This document shows positions 36,836 through 43,121 of a DNA stretch of 43,121 nucleotides, piece after piece (the stretch's first letter is position 1; the number at the start of each line of letters is the position of its first letter). A program made the translations under genes and the position numbers. Below the pieces are notes generated by a model that ran no database searches, had not been told where the DNA came from, and saw only the letters and a program-made list of their open reading frames with translations. Origin of the DNA: Fistulifera solaris (taxonomy: Eukaryota); NCBI GenBank assembly GCA_030295235.1, contig AP026173.1:558001-601121 (forward strand), read 5' to 3'.

Positions 36836-38064
36836 TTAAATTAAAATCTTTTGCTTATCATATGAGGATACTGAAGATACATTGCCTGTCAATCGATTCA
36901 ATATCTTGTCTGTTCCGTTCTCCTCTCTCCACATTTTGTAAATCCATGTGTTATCAATCATTTCGTTCCGATCGACATGATAAGCCGTCCCAAACGTTGC
37001 ATAAAATGGCATAGCTACAAAGGTCGAAGTCCCCGCGGCGATACTTTGATTCGCCATGATCAATCGAGTAAAGGCGAGCGTGATGGTTTCCGTTGGAGCA
37101 TTTCGAATCGTAACAGTCGCCTTTGGAACCGCTTGTTGCAGAAAGGTTTGCAGCGCTCCCACCAGTATCGCACAACGACCCGTATCCTTACGATCATTCT
37201 TTCGAATCTGGCCTTGAAACGGTTGGGTGATAATGCCAATGGAACGCGCTTTTTCCGAAATAAAGCGGGCTAGGGCAGTAAACGGAGCATATCCATAGTC
37301 AGGACCATGTTTCTCTTCGAGTAAATCACCACAACGGAAATGGATGGCTACATCATCGATTTCAATACCGGTAAATAAAGGCGACGAAGGAGTCGGTAAT
37401 CGCAGTCTTCGTTCTCTGTCTTCATCCATCTGAAAATCTGCCGCGGGATGGTGTGCCGAAGGAACACCGATCATACTCACTGCCATTCGTCGAAGTTCAT
37501 ACCGAATATCCTCGATCATCCAATCCTCCATATCCCACGTGGCTTGACAGGCTGTTTCCAACGGAGAGTCGCGTGGATAAGGCGCAAAGTTCCCCATGAT
37601 CCAGGGAATGACCAACTGGCTTTGATTGTGGGTCTCCCGACATTCCATTTCCAGTTGGACATGGCCCATCTGATACGCCGCTTGACGAACACTGTACAAA
37701 AACCACAACCAATTCCCGGTTCCGCGGCCGCTGGTATACATTTCTTCGCAATCGAATAAATAATAGTACCGAACAATGGCGTTATCTATCGAATGATTCT
37801 TCAACGCGAGATGTTTCGCCACATCGTCGCACAAAGGGATCCGGCCTTTCTCGAAAAACTGGCGTAGGTGTTTGTATACTACTTTCGGTTGTGAAATTTC
37901 AATCGAATCAATCTTTGCTTCGGTAGTGTTTTGTGGAAATACTTGATCTTTACGGAGAGGCACAGTCGAAAATCTGGATGAATAAAAGAAGATCGCAGCA
38001 GTGAGTGCACGGCTAGCAGGAACAAGCACAGCGCATAGACTTGCTGCGTGCTAAGGGAAGCCAT
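36836..38064 (-). CDS. Putative type II membrane glycosyltransferase-like (fucosyltransferase-like) protein
   Basis: N-terminal anchor MASLSTQQVYALCLFLLAVHSLL joins ORF 36836-38029 via an indel at ~37970. Motifs GTGNWL, DVAIHFRCGD and GTSTF resemble the GxGN, HxRxGD and STF motifs of the GT11/GT23 fucosyltransferase clan. Confidence 0.55.
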
Positions 38065-38253
38065 CACCCCGCTACAACATTCTGATCGTATCGTCTACTT
38101 GCAACTGATAACAACAGCAGGATCTTGGAGAAAAGTGAGCAACATTTCAATGCAATGGGTCACATTATTTTTGCGAGAAATAATATTCTTCGTGCCGATG
38201 ACCCGGTACCAGTAATCTTAGCGGTTATGTACTACAAAGTTTACTAACTGTGC

Positions 38254-38371
38254 AGGAACGACCATACTACGATGACAGCACCGCTTCCCGTCTGCTCAGC
38301 GAAGTTAAGCATCGTCAGGCCCGGTTAGTACTACGGTGGGGGACCACGTTGGAATCCCGGGTGTTGTTCTT
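38254..38371 (+). rRNA. 5S ribosomal RNA gene (nuclear, single copy in window)
   Basis: AGGAACGACCATAC..CCGCTTCCCGTCTGCTCAGCGAAGTTAAGC..GGTTAGTACT..TGGGGGACC..GGAATCCCGGGTGTTGTTCT, about 118 nt. The 5' GGAACGAC pairs with the 3' GTTGTTCT (helix I); internal A-box/C-box-like elements are present. Confidence 0.95.
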
Positions 38372-38373
38372 TT
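38370..38373 (+). terminator. RNA polymerase III oligo-T terminator of the 5S gene
   Basis: T4 run at the 3' end of the 5S sequence; further T runs follow at ~38383 and ~38430. Confidence 0.65.
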
Positions 38374-38946
38374 GTACAGTACCTTTTAATTACTCCGGAG
38401 TACTCAGCCTGGCTCAAGCTAAAATAGCTCTTTTTTCTTTTTGGGGGCGTTAACTTTGGGCCAGTCACGCATGTCTACCGCGAGACGAATATCCTGTACA
38501 ATGTGTTGTGTCTATTGCCTCTCTAGAAACGCCTTGGATGGGTGGAGCTCCGAAAAATTTTTATACCTTGCAAGTCTGTCGGAGTTAATCTCCTTTTTTT
38601 AATTTTGTTATTCAAACTAAACAAAATGATCAAGTTCCGTCAGCTAGACTACTAGAGCACCATCTACAAAAATAATGGTTATATACATTGGAGTTTCCAA
38701 CCTTACAGCGCATGTGCGTTCTGACGGCGGATCGTGACTGACTGCTATGGCTGGCTTTACATTAATACAAATGGAGTACTAATGGGCTTTAAGTCAGTGA
38801 TGTCCTGCGATGGGGTGGACCTGATTCTCACGTATCGACGGACAGAAATTGGAAGTATTTTCTGTCAACCAAGTCGCTACGCTTTGCAACAACAGAAGGA
38901 AACAGAAGAGGCATACCAGCCAAACAACAGCCACAAATCCGACAAA

Positions 38947-39204
38947 TGTCATCACTGCCATCGGACTAGGTCTTATTTTATCTTGAAATTCTGAGCTCAC
39001 GTATGTGGCTCTAACATTCTTGTATCGCGTTGCTTGCAAACTTTTCACGCCTTCACGATCAATCCAAATCGTACAAAGACCCTTGGGCCTCTCCCATGAG
39101 GTTCCGTCCGAAGGCTTCCGATTTGGGGGTCGTGGTTCGATAGGTCGTGCGGCTAAATTGGGTGAGTCCCTAGTAGTCTGCCCGCTATCCGCATATCCGT
39201 GACA
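38947..39204 (-). repeat. Putative 3' LTR of the copia element (~258 bp)
   Basis: Starts TGTCA immediately after the purine tract and ends TGACA (5-bp terminal inverted repeat), with an ATAAAATAA poly(A)-signal-like motif near the end. The distal boundary cannot be confirmed without the 5' LTR; an alternative TGACA end lies at ~38863. Confidence 0.65.
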
Positions 39205-39213
39205 CTCCCTCTC
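39205..39213 (-). other. Polypurine tract (PPT) of the copia element
   Basis: GAGAGGGAG between the end of RNase H and the LTR-initial TG. Confidence 0.75.
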
Positions 39214-42200
39214 AGACGAAGAGGGACCACTTTCATTCCAACCCATTAACTTGTCTCCGAAGATAGGTAAACGTTTCCCTAGGCAATCCTTTTCGTCATG
39301 ATATCCGCAAGCTGTTCTTTAGTGTCAATCTTGTTGATCTTCAATTCACCACTTTGAACATGTTGTCGGAAGAAATGATACTTGGTTGCATAGTGCTTCG
39401 AGCGAGGGGTCATCCGCGGAATCGTAGCAAGAGTGAGCGCTCCATTGTTGTCTTCAAATACATCCGAATGGGCAATGCTCTCGACTTGATCTTCTCCAGT
39501 AATAGCCTTAGCAACAGCAGTAACAAGTCTTCGCATCGGCAAAACATCGCGCATAGCAGTACTCAATGCGACATACTCACTCTCCATTGTACTTAGAGAG
39601 ATTTCAGACTGTAGCTTCGATACCCAAAGTAGGGGGCAATTGCCGAAGCGTCAAGATGTAGCCAGTACGCGACTTCACACTTATCGGATCTTCAGGATCT
39701 TCAGCTCCCCACAAACCGGCAAAGTCGGCATCAACAAAGCAATCAATCTTCAACTCTTCGTCGGACGCATCACCAAACCACGATCGGCCGTTCCTTTCAA
39801 ATAGCGGACAATTCTCTTGATCGCTTTAGCATGACTATGCCTCGGCGAATGAGTGAAGCGAGCGCACTGATGGACAGCAAATGCAATATCCGGTCGAGAG
39901 TTTGACGACAAGTAGAGCAACATTCCGACAACCGAAGCATAATTCCAAGACTCGTGAGCGCAGCACCAGCCAAATCTTTTCCCAATGGTTTGTTTTCAGC
40001 AGGCGTGTCGCAAGAATTACAATCAGCCATGTCGGTAGCTTCGATGACGCGATTAATGAGACCTTTCTGGGTCAACTCGATAGTATCGCCACGACGGGTA
40101 AACTGAATTCCCAAGAACGCGGAAACATCTTTCGACTCCACAGTCAAAGTCAGAACCTTGTCAATAGCTTCGATCATCTCATCCATGCACTTTTCATCGA
40201 GACTGAACCAAAGGCAATCATCGACGTAAGTCAAACAAATAATTTTCTCGTGCACGAACAGGCAAGCATCGATATCGACCAACTGTTTGAAACCATGCTT
40301 CTCCAAAGTGTCCTTCAGCAAGTTAAAGAATCGGAGTGGACTATCGGACTTGCCATAAAGCGTCTTCTGGAGCATCAAAACAGTATCTTCGCCATCGCCG
40401 TGAAATCCTTGAGGCATCTCGATGTAGCACTCTTCAGTAGGCGGCAAAGGGGCTTGAGCGAACGCATTGACATAATCGACTTGGCGGGTATGCATTCCAT
40501 GGACGATGGACATAATCAACAACAACCGGACTGTGGACCACTGTACGACAGGAGAGTAGGACTCGAAATAGTCGACTCCTTTTATCTCCATATCGCCACG
40601 AACACAGAATCTCGCCTTGTACTTCGCGGGTGTCCCATCCGGTGAACGCTTAAGCCTAAACGCCCCAAGTGGACTTTATCACGCGCTTATTTGCAGGTAC
40701 AGAAGCTCGCGGAATTTTCCTCCATGTCCCCATCTTCTCCAACATTCGAATTTCTTTCACCATCGCATCTTGCCATTCTCGATATTCAGCAGACGACATA
40801 GCTTGATGATACATTGGATAGTCGGGATCGAACCTTTCTTTGGCTTCTTTACACGCTGCATAGCGGCGAAAGCAACAGGATCTCGCAAATCAAACTCAGC
40901 TCCGAATCCCAACAAGCAACAAGGCCGGAATGAATCGACGCAATAAAGGAGAAAGTTTCAAGGAATCGGCTTAAAGAACAACCGAAGCAACGTTGGTAAT
41001 AAATTCATTGAACTTTCTTGGAGCACGTCTCTCGCGAGTGGATCGGCCCGGTAGGAGCAGCTGGTGTCTTCTTCCGCGGCGAACTTGATGGAGGCTTGGC
41101 ATCCACAGCAACCTTGGGAGCAGGAATCGGCTCAACCGGTTTTGAATTTGGCTCAGGTAGTTTAACAGGAGTAGTAACTGTCTTTTGCTCTTGCTCCCTC
41201 TGCAATGTAGGCTCGCTTGAACTCTTTTCAGTCGTAGGTTCGGCATCTGTTCGCAGTCGCTGGTGCACCTTGTCGAAATCAACCGGGGGGCTAGCATTGT
41301 CTTGAACGCCAATCTTGCGAGATCGCTCTTGAATTCGAACATGCAACTCTTCTTGACTCAACCACTCGTCATCCAAGTCGATCGGATCATCCTCATCGAA
41401 AAATACTTGGAAGCTGACGATGCGAAGATGTCGGCCCAAGTCTTCGGATCGACAGAATCATCCGCACCGACAACATTCGAAACAGTGGCAAACCAATCAT
41501 CGACAACAACATGAAACTGCGCGGAAATCCGGTTCGTTTCTAGGTTCAAAACAACAGGAACATTCGATGCATGCCGGCCGACAAACCCAAGAAAACGCCC
41601 GTCTTGAGCGAGGTTCAAACTTCGGAATCTTGTGCCCATCTTGCAACTTCGGGTTCAGAATATACGCGGGTGATCCCCAAACATGCATATCAGCAAACAC
41701 TTTTCGATCGGTCGTTGTTCTGAAGATCATATCAGCCGGAGATGTATTGTTTTCGCCGGGTCCATAGTTGAAATTTTGAACGACATAATCAATCGCCTGA
41801 GGCCACAAGTCCGAAGAAATCGCTTTCGGCCAACGCAATTTAGCATGTAGCATCGTAGTGCGTGCGAGAGATATAATACTTCCCGACAGCTCAGCAACAG
41901 CATTTTGGTGGTGAGCACCAGGTCCACTGAGAGTCATCGACTGGTAGTTCGTATCAATTTGCTTTGCGAACTCCTGCCGTAAACGTGCCATTGTCGGTAT
42001 GATATTGGACCACCGTGATGCCGTGGTTCGCCATTGCACTTTCAAACTCCAACTTGGCGCGCAAAGCCTCGCCAGCAGTAAAATTCAAAACATGAACGAC
42101 ATAAACAAATCCACTTGCATGATCGACAAAAATCACACCGCCTTTGAACTTCTCATCATCCTTGGTACCACCGAAACCAGAGTAAAGACGTCCTCTCGTT

Positions 42201-43121
42201 GAAACAGAGAAGTGATCCATTGAAACCTTCTGGCCCGGAATTAAAATATCCTTCGAGAGAACTTTGGATTGGCGATCGACGGTCAATTTCGCTCCATTTG
42301 CTTTCCTTTTCCATACATGCAAGCAGCGCACTTGGGAATCATACAACGCCGCTTGGACTTCAGCAGAATTTCCGAGCTCGGTTTTGAGCAAGGCTTGAAT
42401 GCTTTTCATGCTTCGGGTGAACAAATCGGAAATGCAAGCGAAGAAGAAACTTCTGTGCCTCACTCAAGTTTTGATTCTCAGCTGTAGTAACACAGTTTTG
42501 AATCTTCGCAGCATTGAGAGCAACAGATTGTTTTCGGAACATCTCCAACGTAGGCAAATTGTTTTCAGGAGAGTATGCAATATCAAGAAAGTGGCCGTCC
42601 AACAAATCGACATGAATGAGGCTCGAGTCGCCGGAAAAACGCGGTTCGTCGTTTACGCCTTCACCAATTGACAATAGGACTGTGGGCTGAAGAGTCGAAC
42701 ATTCGCCTCGGGCACATGTAATCCGGGAATCCGAAAAGTAAAGCCCTTGCCGTTTGACAGAGTAGCAGTCCACTCAAGAGTACCTGTGCCGGCAATCGAA
42801 GAACCTGCAGCAAAGCCAGACAAAACTGTATCGCCAGTAGTAGGGGTGTAGGATGTGAAGTCATCACGGTCGAATGTAACAGCAACTGTGGCTCCAGTGT
42901 CCCATATAACCGGAAACAGATTCGCCATGGTCGGTTTTCCAGCGACATGGACTTGATGCAGAGCAGGGAGGGCATAAATAGACGGGGAAGCTTCGCGACG
43001 GTGCAAAGTAGGCTCTAGATTTGTCTACACTATTATCTCCCTCTCGAAGCAACATCGTCTCAGTAGCTCCCTCTGGAAGAGAATGCCCGGTGGGTAACAA
43101 AATAATGAAGTGTCATCTAAT

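Larger units (their letters stand above)
38947..43121 (-). mobile_element. Ty1/copia LTR retrotransposon (CoDi-like), pol region and 3' LTR; 5' part outside the window; many frameshifts
   Basis: Copia domain order on the minus strand: protease VIWDTGAT (~42900), pre-integrase LH.RF.H..CAAC, integrase MDHF / YHTDNGTF / HHQNAVAE, RT GVDYFESYSPVVQWSTVR / DYVNAFAQA / LYG / TYVDD, RNase H DADFAG / ESEYVALS / EDN / ADIMTK. Confidence 0.95.

Noticed and set aside
173..38064. Programmed ribosomal frameshifting or an alternative genetic code to explain split ORFs
   Set aside because: Breaks fall in both directions at ordinary homopolymers in unrelated genes, and CCT6 translates cleanly with the standard code.
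38734..38994. 86-aa ORF next to the LTR as a gene disrupted by the insertion
   Set aside because: GTG start, no recognisable motif, and the other flank is outside the window.

Overview
This is a compact eukaryotic locus, most likely from a pennate diatom. The evidence is short GT-AG introns, small intergenic gaps, a nuclear 5S rRNA gene and a CoDi-like Ty1/copia element; a Fistulifera-like assignment is inferred from one lineage-expanded gene family and is not confirmed. Housekeeping genes include TFIIH p52/Tfb2, Mini-RNase III, an M50B-like peptidase, CCT-zeta, NAC-alpha, an Elongin-B-like protein and prohibitin (damaged), among several hypothetical genes. The centre (15.4-31.2 kb) is a head-to-tail array of three large paralogues. 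Each is a predicted type II membrane protein with a very long acidic N-terminal region (one has a WW domain, one has degenerate ~67-aa repeats), a single TM helix, a Pro/Thr stalk and one or two FG-GAP (integrin-alpha-like) beta-propellers; two paralogues share a near-identical DNA tract. The right end holds a solitary 5S rRNA gene and, ~575 bp downstream, the 3' LTR and pol region of a copia retrotransposon that runs off the window. Most genes carry 1-bp indels at homopolymer runs, probably long-read consensus errors, so the gene models are manual reconstructions across frames.
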